Assembly: GCA_016867835.1 (NCBI GenBank)
Contig: VGIQ01000002.1
Span: forward strand, 2,953 to 66,952
Length of the DNA: 64,000 nucleotides
Source: Calditrichota bacterium
Lineage (GTDB): Bacteria; Electryoneota; AABM5-125-24; Hatepunaeales; Hatepunaeaceae
Reading direction: 5' to 3'
Below the pieces are notes generated by a model. That model searched no databases and was not told where the DNA came from. It was given only the letters and a program-made list of their open reading frames with translations. Within the stretch, counting starts at the first letter, position 1. Every line of letters starts with the position of its first letter. Below are positions 37,124 through 46,415 of this stretch, piece by piece. The translations under genes were made by a program, and so were the position numbers.

Positions 37124-39940
37124 TTATCGCATCACGACCACCTTTATTGCTCTGCGCGCCTGCGGGGTGGTTGCTGTCAAATAATATATGCCGGTGGGAA
37201 CCCCTTCCCAATCGACTGCGACCCGTATCTGCGTCATGCTGACAGCAAGAGGTTCAAGGTGCGAGGACCATACGACCCGGCCGGCTATATCGAAAAGTTG
37301 CAGGTGTGTCGGGAGGCCCTCCAGTATGGTGAACGCGACCGTCCCGCGTCCATTGAGCGGGTTGGGGTGCAGCGAGAGGGTCAGGTCGCTTGAAGCCGCC
37401 ACCGGAGGAGGCTGCACCCGGGCAACCGTCCCGGTGAGTTCGATCCGGCCGATTTCCCAGCCGCCCATTTCGACTCCCTCATCGGCCCCGAAGCGGAGCC
37501 GCACTTTTACCGGACCGGACGGACCGCCTAACAAGACTCGATCCTCCCGCCAGTCGAAACTGCCGTTCCAGCACGGTCCGCCGGGGAACGAGCCGTTATC
37601 GACCGCGACGCCGTTGTAGCCGTTTAATGGCGCTGTGCGCCGCCATCCTTCGCCGCGGTTCACTTCGACGATGCCGCCGTCGTAAAGTTGCTCGGCTTCC
37701 ATCCGGTGGTAGATGCTTAGCCCCGCATCGCTGCCGAAGAGCATGAGCGGCAGTTCAAGCGCGCCGTCCGACATCGGCGGGTAGGAGGTAGTATCGGGCC
37801 CGCCAAAGGCGAGACCGCCGGCAAAATCGGGCCCGCCTGCGGTGTCCCACCTCCAGACCGAACGATAGGTCTCCTGAACTGGATAAATTACGGCCCAATA
37901 AGCCGAATCGTTCAAATTGGGTGCAAACCGAAAGTCGCTCCGGCAAGGCAGAATCATCATCCCGATCGAGCGGACGACCCCACCGGCTGCCGCTCCGAGT
38001 TGGGTGACGACGCCGCCCGAAAGGCGCGGCTCACCGATAATGCTGAATCCCACCGGAACGCTTACGCCGCGAGCGCCGGGAGCAATCGCAGGCAAGGCCG
38101 TTTCGGCAGCATCGAATACCAGAGCACTATCGAAAGAGAGCAGCGTAAGGCGTCCGCCGGGACGGAAGCCGTCGCCTCCGTCATTGAAAAGGCTCACGAG
38201 GAGACTACCAGACTCGCCCGGCTCGACGAGGTCGTTGCCGTCGCCGGTAGTCTCGTCGAACTGGAAGCCTCCGGCGACCAGCCGGGAACTGCGGACTTCG
38301 AGGAACACCCGGTCATACCAGATTTCGCCGTCGTCGGGCTGAAAGACGGCATCGAGCCGCACCCGGTGCCGGTCGGGTGTCTCCGGTGCGATGCGCAGCC
38401 GGAAGCCTTCAACGAAAACTTCGTCGCCGGACTCGATCTCACCGATACGGCTCGCCGCGGCGATCAGTTCGACCGCCGGATCGTTCGTCGTCAGTTCAAC
38501 GCGGATGTCACTTAAAGTCTCGCGGGCGAGGTTGTTCACCAGCAAGGTCATATCGATCTGCTCGCCGGCGTCGGCAATGCCGTCATTGTCGCCGGCGCTG
38601 TCATCGACCCAGATGAACTCGGCGGCTCGCAACCCCCGCCGCAGTTTCAGGGTGGGATCGCCGATGTGCGTCATCCCGTAGAACCACGATCGCGCCCAGT
38701 TGACGTGCCCCGGCTCGCGTCCATGCAGGGCGAACCACCGGCGAAGGGATTCGCCGAAACTAATGCCGTTTGCCATGTGGCGATAATAGTCGTCGAAGAA
38801 GAGCATCCCGCCGACCTTGGCCGGACCGACTGCGCCAAGCGCCGAGGGACTCCGCAAGGCATAGAGCGCCCCCATACAGAGGTTGCGCGAGAGGTTCATC
38901 ACCGAGCAAGCGAAGAGATTATAGAATAGAACGTTGGGAGCAACCTCCTCGCGCAGATTCCGGAACCGGAAATAGTCGAAAACGCGCCGGTTCTGGGTGT
39001 GAAAAGCGTGGGCATCGGCGGTCGAATGGACGGCCACCTGCATCAGTTCGAAGCCGTCGCCGGTCAGGTAGTCGCGGTAGGTCGAAGCGCTTGTAGTCTC
39101 AGGCTCCTCTACCAGTTCGACCCGGCCAAACGCGAGACCGATATCCCCGGCCCATTGGTTGGCGACAATTCTCCAGTCGTCATCGATGAATGCAACCGCG
39201 CGATGCGGCAAGCGGTGTGCGCCCCGCCGGTAAGCCGATATCCGGTCGAGATATAGCGCCGTGGTGGTGTCTTCGCGGATGCGGCTCAGGTTGTAAGCCG
39301 CTATCCGTCCGAGCCAGATGTCGGGCGCCCAGGCACCGCTATGGACATCGTATATGCCGTTGCCCGAAGTGTCCTGCCATTCGCCGTCGAGGTCCATATA
39401 GAAGAGGTCGATAGGGAACTCGTGCAAACGCGGGTTGTCGGGGACGTTTTCATTATAGAAGTATTCGCGATCCTCAAACCAGGCGAGAGCGATCTCGCCG
39501 CAGAGGACGACGCCCACGAGGTCATCACCGCCCAATTCGATCAAGGTCGCTTTCACGTCAGCAGGCGAGCCACCTTCCAAATTGACCTGGACGACGTCCC
39601 AGCCGTCGGCGGCGACTTCCTGAGCGTAGCGCTCAAAGCGCTCCTCCATCTGGTTGAACAAGTTGTTGTTGACGGCGATGACGACGGTGCCCTCTTCGTC
39701 GCGACGCGGGAATCGGCGGACGCCTTCGAAGCGGGAGATGCCGAAAACCTCGAGCGGACGTTCGGGGAACCTATTCAGGTATTCGGCGCGGGTGGGAAGC
39801 GGCGCTCCGGTCGGATCGCGGGACGGCTCGAGGTGGTAGCGCGACGGCGGAGCCGCAAAGACGAATGCAGAATGTAGAATAAAGAATGCAGAATAAAGAA
39901 CTAATGCTCGCTTGCAGAACTTCGTGTAACTATGGAGCAC
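37124..39940 (-). CDS. Secreted cysteine-protease-like protein (peptidase C25/gingipain-like catalytic region) with a T9SS C-terminal domain. The start is uncertain.
   Basis: The track ORF runs to 40180, but its first ~80 codons come from a low-GC repeat region. A GTG at ~39938-39940 gives the signal peptide VLHSYTKFCKRALVLYSAFFILHSAFVFAAPP. A candidate His/Cys pair lies in QVAVHSTADAHAF and FYNLFACSVMNL. The CTD is SLHPNPLNGRGTVAFTILEGLPTHLQLFDIAGRVVWS...GIYYLTATTPQARRAIKVVVMR. The C25 assignment is tentative. Confidence 0.5.
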   Translation of the reverse strand: MLHSYTKFCKRALVLYSAFFILHSAFVFAAPPSRYHLEPSRDPTGAPLPTRAEYLNRFPERPLEVFGISRFEGVRRFPRRDEEGTVVIAVNNNLFNQMEERFERYAQEVAADGWDVVQVNLEGGSPADVKATLIELGGDDLVGVVLCGEIALAWFEDREYFYNENVPDNPRLHEFPIDLFYMDLDGEWQDTSGNGIYDVHSGAWAPDIWLGRIAAYNLSRIREDTTTALYLDRISAYRRGAHRLPHRAVAFIDDDWRIVANQWAGDIGLAFGRVELVEEPETTSASTYRDYLTGDGFELMQVAVHSTADAHAFHTQNRRVFDYFRFRNLREEVAPNVLFYNLFACSVMNLSRNLCMGALYALRSPSALGAVGPAKVGGMLFFDDYYRHMANGISFGESLRRWFALHGREPGHVNWARSWFYGMTHIGDPTLKLRRGLRAAEFIWVDDSAGDNDGIADAGEQIDMTLLVNNLARETLSDIRVELTTNDPAVELIAAASRIGEIESGDEVFVEGFRLRIAPETPDRHRVRLDAVFQPDDGEIWYDRVFLEVRSSRLVAGGFQFDETTGDGNDLVEPGESGSLLVSLFNDGGDGFRPGGRLTLLSFDSALVFDAAETALPAIAPGARGVSVPVGFSIIGEPRLSGGVVTQLGAAAGGVVRSIGMMILPCRSDFRFAPNLNDSAYWAVIYPVQETYRSVWRWDTAGGPDFAGGLAFGGPDTTSYPPMSDGALELPLMLFGSDAGLSIYHRMEAEQLYDGGIVEVNRGEGWRRTAPLNGYNGVAVDNGSFPGGPCWNGSFDWREDRVLLGGPSGPVKVRLRFGADEGVEMGGWEIGRIELTGTVARVQPPPVAASSDLTLSLHPNPLNGRGTVAFTILEGLPTHLQLFDIAGRVVWSSHLEPLAVSMTQIRVAVDWEGVPTGIYYLTATTPQARRAIKVVVMR

Positions 39941-40175
39941 TCTTGCACGCGCAGGCGGGCATCCAGTCGAGGAATGCTGGTCTGGTTTCCCGCCTTCGCG
40001 GGAACGACTATCATAATACAACCTCTCATTGCAATGAGTCATTATGAAAGCAGAACGATAGGCGATAGAGTCTCCCCTTGACCTATTCCTGCCAAGAGAA
40101 GTCTCAGCATTCATCAATCTGCAATTTGCAATTTGCATTCTGCATTCCGCATTATTAATTCTACATTCTTCATTC
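39861..40175. repeat. Low-GC (~42%) region bounded by inverted A/T-rich repeats (GCAGAATGTAGAATAAAGAATGCAGAATAAAGAA vs TTGCATTCTGCATTCCGCATTATTAATTCTACATTCTTCATTC). It contains the 14-bp perfect palindrome CTCATTGCAATGAG (~40024-40037).
   Basis: Read directly from the sequence. It sits between the ABC ATPase stop (40184) and the C25-like gene. The distal repeat also encodes the hydrophobic core of that gene's signal peptide. Confidence 0.5.
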
Positions 40176-40183
40176 AGCACACT

Positions 40184-40936
40184 TCACTCTGCCCCGGCAT
40201 CGACAGCGTGCAGGAAGACCTCTTCCAGATTAGCGGCATGAAAGCGGTCGCGCAGTTCCGAAAGTGTCCCGGTCGCGGCGATGGTGCCCTTATGGATGAT
40301 CGCGATGCGGTCGGCCAGGCGCTCGGCTTCGCCCATATCGTGGGTCGAAAGAAGGACGCACTTGCCGTTGTCGCGCGCCGATCTGATGAAGTGGACGATA
40401 TTGCGCGCCGCCAGGACATCGAGGCCGGAGGTCGGTTCGTCGAGGATCAGGACCGGCGGATCGTGGACGACGGTGCGCGCGATGTTCACCTTCTGGCGCT
40501 GGCCGGTCGAGAGTTTGGCGCAGCGGCCGTTCCAGAAGGTGTCCATACCGAGTTCACGCTTCAAGTGTTCGCAACGTTCCGTGAGGAGGCCGTCCGACAG
40601 TCCGTTCAAGGCTCCAAAATAGGCGATCGTCTCGGCGGCGGTGAGGCGTCCATAGAGGCCGGTGTCGCCGGAGAGGAAGCCGAGTTGCCGCCGGACGGCG
40701 TCGGGGCGGGCGAGCAGGTCGGCGTCGCCGATCCGGGCGCTGCCGCCGGTCGGGGTCAGGATCGTCGCAAGCATCCTAAGGGTTGTCGTCTTGCCGGCGC
40801 CGTTGGGCCCGAGAAGGCCGAGGATTTCGCCGGGATAGGCGTCGAACGAGACCCCCGCAACGGCGTCGATCCGGCCTCGCTTCCGGTCGTAAAAGACCTT
40901 GCTCAGGCTATGGACATCAACTGCCGACTGGGACAA
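40184..40936 (-). CDS. ABC transporter ATP-binding protein (ABC-2/GldA-like). No permease gene is adjacent.
   Basis: Walker A is GPNGAGKTT. The signature is LSTGQRQKV. Walker B is VLILDEPTSGLD. The H-loop is LLSTHDM. Confidence 0.85.
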   Translation of the reverse strand: MSQSAVDVHSLSKVFYDRKRGRIDAVAGVSFDAYPGEILGLLGPNGAGKTTTLRMLATILTPTGGSARIGDADLLARPDAVRRQLGFLSGDTGLYGRLTAAETIAYFGALNGLSDGLLTERCEHLKRELGMDTFWNGRCAKLSTGQRQKVNIARTVVHDPPVLILDEPTSGLDVLAARNIVHFIRSARDNGKCVLLSTHDMGEAERLADRIAIIHKGTIAATGTLSELRDRFHAANLEEVFLHAVDAGAE

Positions 40937-41109
40937 GGCAGACCTCTATTATTGCCTGTTGCAGTTAGTTCTGGAACTCTCCCCTCTGCATCGCGAGGGG
41001 GAATATATGGGGTGCAATTAGGGTTGCTCTTCTACCCCCCTATTAAGTCCCCCCGCAGAGCAGGAGGACAAGATAAGGTCATATTGCACCCATTTGTTAC
41101 AATTAGGAG

Positions 41110-42513
41110 TTACCGCCTCGTGTCCATCCCCGATCGCTGGATGAAGTCGCGATACCACTCCGGGTTGACGACTTCGCCGCGCAAGGTTGAGTGGACGAGG
41201 ACGTAATCGCCCAGCCCGCTCCGATCGACGAAGACGCAGACCGCGCCGCCATCGACGGTGTGGTAGTTCCAGACCTCGTAGGGCTTGGCATGGGCGTCGA
41301 GGGGGTGTTGCTCGCGTTCGGCCGGTTCGCCAAAGAGGACATAGATGCGGCCGCGGTCGGTCTTATGGCCGGGTGAGCGAGTGTTGTCCCAGCGCTGATC
41401 GGCCTCGGCTACGCGATATCTAAACTGCAGTCGTGCCGGCACCTCGGGGGTGCGGGGGTCATCGTCGTAACGGCGCCAAAAGGCTTCGAGAAACGAGCCG
41501 CGTTCGCGGGCGCTGCGCCCGGCGAGGGCATCGAGTTGATTGCGCCCCAATAGAAAGGTGATCTCACCTAACTCCTCCTCGACTGAGGCGCTGTCGAAGT
41601 AGGTCGCGCCGGTTGCGACCGTGCGGGGTGGAAGCGCGTCATCGTGAAGGAAAAACTTGCGATCCCGCGATGCCGGCCCACCCGGGCCTTCGACGACGAG
41701 ATGGAGCCGGTAACTGCCCGACCCAAGCCCTCCGAGGGGCAAACTGTCGAGGTCGGCGAACGGCTCGGGCCCGCCGGTCAACTGCCCGACCGGAAAGGTG
41801 CGGACTGTCTCCCCGGCAGCGTCGGATACCCACCTCCTAATCCGGTAGTCGCCCGGTCCGGTCGATTGCGATGCCGGGTATAATTCAAGATAGTAGTAAA
41901 GGAACGGCGGCTGCTGACCGAAGAGGCGGCGCGGATTAGGGATGAACGTGAAGTCGCCGCGGTCGAAGCGGGGATGCTCGCCGGGGCCTAACAGGTAGCC
42001 TCCCAGTTCGAGGTCGGAGATGGCGAAGGTCGTATCGCTAAAGGCCGGAACTTCGATCCGCAGCGACGTCTGATTGTAGCGTGCACCGAGTGAGTCGGCT
42101 ACGTAGATGCTGAAGGTATAAGTTCGGGGCGCGAGGGCATAGACCCGCCCGTCGATGATCCGCTGGGTCGCAAAACCTGATTCGGGCGCCGCGATTATAT
42201 CCTCGACCGACCACCGGTCGCTGCCCACGATTTGTAGGCCATCATCGATCACGACCAGGCAGTTGAGGGCGCCATACCACCCGTCGGGCGTCTGCCGATG
42301 GGTGAAAGCCGAACGCGACAGATCGAGGTAGATTTCGACGATTGATCCGCCGCCATCGCCCTTGAAAGTGCAGTGATCGACGGTGATCTTTAGCGCCGGA
42401 TCGACCGGTCCGGTGAACTTCCCGGGCAGAGCGATCGTTGACGCCCGGACAGGATACGACAGCGCGATGACCAGCAGCAGCGAAAGTTGCATACCCGGCA
42501 AGCGCTTATTCAT
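41110..42513 (-). CDS. GWxTD-domain-containing secreted protein.
   Basis: The ATG at 42511-42513 gives MNKRLPGMQLSLLLVIALSYPVRAST. The C-terminal region has WDNTRSPGHKTDRGRIYVLFGEPAEREQH...YEVWNY, which matches the GWxTD family (TIGR04514-like) signature with G-H-K-T-D. The start overlaps the smc stop by 8 nt. Confidence 0.45.
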   Translation of the reverse strand: MNKRLPGMQLSLLLVIALSYPVRASTIALPGKFTGPVDPALKITVDHCTFKGDGGGSIVEIYLDLSRSAFTHRQTPDGWYGALNCLVVIDDGLQIVGSDRWSVEDIIAAPESGFATQRIIDGRVYALAPRTYTFSIYVADSLGARYNQTSLRIEVPAFSDTTFAISDLELGGYLLGPGEHPRFDRGDFTFIPNPRRLFGQQPPFLYYYLELYPASQSTGPGDYRIRRWVSDAAGETVRTFPVGQLTGGPEPFADLDSLPLGGLGSGSYRLHLVVEGPGGPASRDRKFFLHDDALPPRTVATGATYFDSASVEEELGEITFLLGRNQLDALAGRSARERGSFLEAFWRRYDDDPRTPEVPARLQFRYRVAEADQRWDNTRSPGHKTDRGRIYVLFGEPAEREQHPLDAHAKPYEVWNYHTVDGGAVCVFVDRSGLGDYVLVHSTLRGEVVNPEWYRDFIQRSGMDTRR

Positions 42514-45500
42514 CTGACTTACGTGCTGGAACGGTTGCGGGATAGCCATTCTCTTCGATCTTCACCGACACGAGCCGCGACGTCCCGTCGTCGTTAAGGG
42601 TCACCCCGAAGAGGCAGTCGGCCGCCTCCATCGTCCGCTTGTTATGGGTTACGATAAGGAACTGCGTATCGGTGGAGAACCGGCGAACGATGCGGTTGAA
42701 GCGGCCGATATTGGCGTCGTCGAGGGGCGCATCGACCTCGTCGAGGATGCAGAAGGGGCTGGGGCGCTCGCGGTAAATGGCGAAGAGGAAGGCAATGGCG
42801 GTGAGCGCTTTCTCGCCGCCGGAGAGCATCGACAGGCTTTGCATCTTCTTGCCGGTCGGGGTAGCCCAGATGCGGACATCGGCTTCGAGCGGGTCATCGC
42901 CGACGAGGCTAAGCCGCGCTTCACCGCCTTCGAAGAGACTCCGGAAGAGGTCTTGAAAGTGGCGGTCGATGCGGTCGAAGGTCTCGCGCAGGCGGCGGCG
43001 CGCTTCGCTGTTGATGCGGGTGATCGTCTCTTCCAGCAGTTCGATGCCGCTTTCGAGGTCTTTCTTTTGATCGCCCAGAAATTTATATCGTTCCTCGACG
43101 TCCTTCAACTCTTCGAGCGCCAGCATGTTGACGGGCCCGACCGATTGCATCCGCACCTTGATCTGATCGACCGAAAGACTGCCGAGTTCCATCCCGTCGA
43201 GTTCCATCTGCGCCTGAGCGGTTGTTTCGGCAGTGATCGAGTCGGGATCGATGCGGGCGTCTTCGGTCAGGCGGCGGTCGATTTCACGGAGACGCTCCCG
43301 GCTGGAGACGGCTTCGAGTTCGAGGTCCGTCCGGGCGGAGGCAAGCGATTTCTGTTGATCTTGCAATTGCTTAAGGGCGGCGTTCAAGCGGTCGCGGTCG
43401 CGCTTGACGGCATCGCGCTCCTGACGGTTGGTTTCGAGACGGACGGACTCCTCACTCTTCTCGCTCTTAAGCAAGTCGAGTTGCCCGGATAGACTTTCGA
43501 GCGCCTGCCGGGTTTGCGTTATCTCACTTTCAAGCCCGGCGAACCCCGCTTCCAAGTGGCCAAGTGCGGTTCCGATCTCACGCCGTTCCAGTTCGGTGCG
43601 CACCACGGCACTGCGCTGAGCCGCGATCCGCTCGCCCAGACGGGCGCGCTCTGCAGCGGCGGCATCGCGTCGGTCGGCGAGGGACCCTTGCTCCTGCTCG
43701 ATGTTGCTCAGGCGTTCGGCAGCGGCATCGAAGTCCTGGCGCAGTTGCGCGAGGCGCTCGTCGTCGATCCCATTTGCGTCATCCGACAGGGGGGGGAGTT
43801 CCTCGAGGAGTCGGCGCAGGCGTTCTTCTTCGTGAGATGCTTCGGCGATCTGTCTTTCGAGGAGGTCTTTGTCGGCTATGAGTGAGACAACTTGCCGGCC
43901 TGTCTGATCCAGTCTGTCGGCTGCATCGCGAAGCCGGCGACGAGCCTTATCGAGTGCTTCCGCAGCCTGCTCCTGTGCCGCGCTTGCGGTCTGGAAGGAC
44001 TTTCCGGACACTTCAGCCGCATTTTGGGCGGTAGAAAGTCGCTTCTTCGCTTCGCGCAGCCGGGCATTCCAGCCGACGCGGAGGGATTCCGGATCGAGAG
44101 CCTCGCGGCGCAGGATGCCGTCCGGATCGAGGATGACGCCGTCGCGTCCGACAAGGCAGACCCGATTCTTCGCCGCCCAGCCGGAAAGACGTTCGATAGC
44201 GGCGACGTCCTTTACGATCAAGGTGCGCCCGAGCCGGTGTTTAAGGAACGTTCCGAATGCGCCGTCGTTTCGAACCGCTTCAGAGGCCGGGACAGCGTCG
44301 GCTCCATCCGGCAGCGACAGCGGGGGCGGAGGCGGCGCTTCATGGAGTAGCGGCAGTTGAACCACCAGTGCGCCCTCCCTGGCGGCACGGATCCAGCCGA
44401 AGCCTTCGTCCGGGGAGTCGGCTTCGAGGGCTTCGAGGATCGGTCGCAGCGCGGCGGCGAGCGCCGTCCGGTCTTCTTCCTGGCACTCGAGCCGGGAGGC
44501 GAGCGAGCGGAGTTCGCGACTCGCCAGCGTCGCATGCAGCGCAGTCGGGAGCGAGGCTGCGCTCATTAGGCGAACCTCAAGGCTCTCGACCTCGCTCCGG
44601 GCAGCCTCCAATGCAGAGGCTGCACCACGCAGTTTAGTTTGCGCCTCGCGTCCGGCTTGCTCCCGTTCGGCAAACTCCGTTTGCAGGCGGGCGACCGCAT
44701 CCCGGGAGGCTGTCGCTTCCTCCTGCCGGGTGCGCAGGTCACTTTTGGCAGATTGGAGGTCTCGGGATACAACCTCGAGGCGGGTTACGGCGGGACGATG
44801 TCGTTCGACGACCAAAGTCAGGTCGCGCTCCAGCGCAGATCGTCGGGCAGCCGTTTGACGAGCCGTCTCACGAGCGCTCGCGAGGCTCTGCTCCAGGTCG
44901 TGAAAGGCGCGGCGGGTGCGGTCATAAGCCTCGCGCGCCGAAGCGAGTTGCGCTGCCATCTCCCGCGATAGCGCGGTTAGTTGCTCGTATTCGGCTTCCC
45001 GAGTCGTGAGGTCTTCGGTCAGCGTTAAAGTGTCGCCCTCTGAATCACCGGCCGCCAGAGATTCGAGTCGCGCCTTCAACGTTGTGCGGCGATCGTGGTC
45101 GGCGGCGCGACGCGCTTCGAGGTGTTCGAGACGCTGCCGGACAAGGGCCAGTTCGCCCTCCAACTCGGCTTCGCGACGTTCCAGTTTGCGCGTCGCGTCA
45201 AGCCCCCGTCCGATGCGGTCGTTCAAGATGAGGTCTTTGCTTTCGAGAGCGAGAACCTCCGCCGTCGTGCGGGTTAACTCCGCTTCGACACGGGACGCTT
45301 CGCTTTCGATTTCAGCCAGACGCCCGCTGTAGCGATCCCGGATTTCGACCAACCGGAGCCGTTCGGCAGCCAGTTCGACCAAGAGACGCAGTTCGAGGGC
45401 GCGCTGGAGTGACTGGTGCCGCTTGGCGCGGGAGGCTTGACGCTTGAGGGTGCCGTAACTCTTCTCGACTTCGAGGAAGAGGTCGTTGATGCGGAGGAGT

Positions 45501-46060
45501 GATTCGCGAGTCGTCTTGAGGCGGCTTTCCGCGGCGGCGCGGCGTGACTTGTAATGCGAAATGCCGGCGGCTTCCTCGACCAGGCCCCGGCGCGCCTCGT
45601 GCGAGCCGGAGATGATCCCATCGACCATTGGCAGTTCCATTATCGAGTAGGTGTGCGGGCCGAGGCCGGTGTCGGTGAAGAGGGCTTGAATGTCGCGCAG
45701 GCGGGAGGCATCCCGGTTTATCAGGTATTCCGACTCGCCGGAGCGGAAGAGGCGCCGCGTCAGAGCAACCTCACTGTATGGCGCCGGAAGGATGCCCTTG
45801 TCGTTGTCGAGAGTCAACGTAACTTCGGCCATCCCGAGCGGACGCCGCTTGGCGGTCCCGGCAAAGATAACCGACTCCATCCGCTCGGCCCGGAGCGCGC
45901 CGGAGCGCTGCTCGCCCAGAACCCAGCGGACGGCATCGACGATGTTGGTCTTACCGCAGCCGTTCGGGCCGACGACCGCCATGATCCCGGGACGGAACTC
46001 GAGCACCGTCCGGGCGGCGAAGGACTTGAAGCCGGTCATTTCGAGCCGGTTAATGAACAA
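42506..46060 (-). CDS. smc: Chromosome segregation protein SMC.
   Basis: 1184 aa. The N-terminus MFINRLEMTGFKSFA...AVVGPNGCGKTNIVDAVRWVLGEQ carries Walker A. It has long coiled coils and a hinge. The C-terminus has LSGGEKALTAIAFLFAIY and FCILDEVDAPLDDANI. Confidence 0.9.
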   Translation of the reverse strand: MFINRLEMTGFKSFAARTVLEFRPGIMAVVGPNGCGKTNIVDAVRWVLGEQRSGALRAERMESVIFAGTAKRRPLGMAEVTLTLDNDKGILPAPYSEVALTRRLFRSGESEYLINRDASRLRDIQALFTDTGLGPHTYSIMELPMVDGIISGSHEARRGLVEEAAGISHYKSRRAAAESRLKTTRESLLRINDLFLEVEKSYGTLKRQASRAKRHQSLQRALELRLLVELAAERLRLVEIRDRYSGRLAEIESEASRVEAELTRTTAEVLALESKDLILNDRIGRGLDATRKLERREAELEGELALVRQRLEHLEARRAADHDRRTTLKARLESLAAGDSEGDTLTLTEDLTTREAEYEQLTALSREMAAQLASAREAYDRTRRAFHDLEQSLASARETARQTAARRSALERDLTLVVERHRPAVTRLEVVSRDLQSAKSDLRTRQEEATASRDAVARLQTEFAEREQAGREAQTKLRGAASALEAARSEVESLEVRLMSAASLPTALHATLASRELRSLASRLECQEEDRTALAAALRPILEALEADSPDEGFGWIRAAREGALVVQLPLLHEAPPPPPLSLPDGADAVPASEAVRNDGAFGTFLKHRLGRTLIVKDVAAIERLSGWAAKNRVCLVGRDGVILDPDGILRREALDPESLRVGWNARLREAKKRLSTAQNAAEVSGKSFQTASAAQEQAAEALDKARRRLRDAADRLDQTGRQVVSLIADKDLLERQIAEASHEEERLRRLLEELPPLSDDANGIDDERLAQLRQDFDAAAERLSNIEQEQGSLADRRDAAAAERARLGERIAAQRSAVVRTELERREIGTALGHLEAGFAGLESEITQTRQALESLSGQLDLLKSEKSEESVRLETNRQERDAVKRDRDRLNAALKQLQDQQKSLASARTDLELEAVSSRERLREIDRRLTEDARIDPDSITAETTAQAQMELDGMELGSLSVDQIKVRMQSVGPVNMLALEELKDVEERYKFLGDQKKDLESGIELLEETITRINSEARRRLRETFDRIDRHFQDLFRSLFEGGEARLSLVGDDPLEADVRIWATPTGKKMQSLSMLSGGEKALTAIAFLFAIYRERPSPFCILDEVDAPLDDANIGRFNRIVRRFSTDTQFLIVTHNKRTMEAADCLFGVTLNDDGTSRLVSVKIEENGYPATVPARKSDE

Positions 46061-46225
46061 GGCTTGGGGCTTTGGGGTGTAGGTTAGGAGTAAAGGCGCC
46101 TGCGCCAGCGCAGATTATCATTCAATATAACGCCGGGTGCCGGTTCAATCAACCCGATGCGGTTGCAGGTGGAAGCCTGAAACGGCTATATTAAAGGTTT
46201 GTAACCTAATCCGGCGGTAAGTGTG

Positions 46226-46278
46226 CCGTCGGATGTCCCCATCCGACGGTGGAGCGGTCAGATGAGGACATCTGACCG
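46226..46278 (+). promoter_or_regulatory. Two adjacent stable hairpins in the smc/gyrA divergent intergenic region, in the putative gyrA leader.
   Basis: CCGTCGGATG-tccc-CATCCGACGG (10-bp stem, 46226-46249) and GGTCAGATG-agga-CATCTGACC (9-bp stem, 46257-46278). They lie ~140-190 nt upstream of the gyrA ATG. Confidence 0.35.
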
Positions 46279-46415
46279 CACAATTGGCTTCCACCCCAGA
46301 GGTGAAAGCAGCAAACGCCTATCGCTGGATCAGGGGTCTGTATAGGATCGGGAGGGCTTCTCTTCGGTCTCACATCAGAAATAGACGAACGCCTCGAGAA
46401 CAAGACAATCCGCGA

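Noticed and set aside
42506-46060. Possibility that the SMC-like gene is part of a Wadjet/Lamassu-type defence system
   Set aside because: Its 1184-aa length with a hinge, its canonical motifs and its position adjacent to gyrA fit housekeeping smc. No partner genes (JetABD/LmuA-like) are adjacent.
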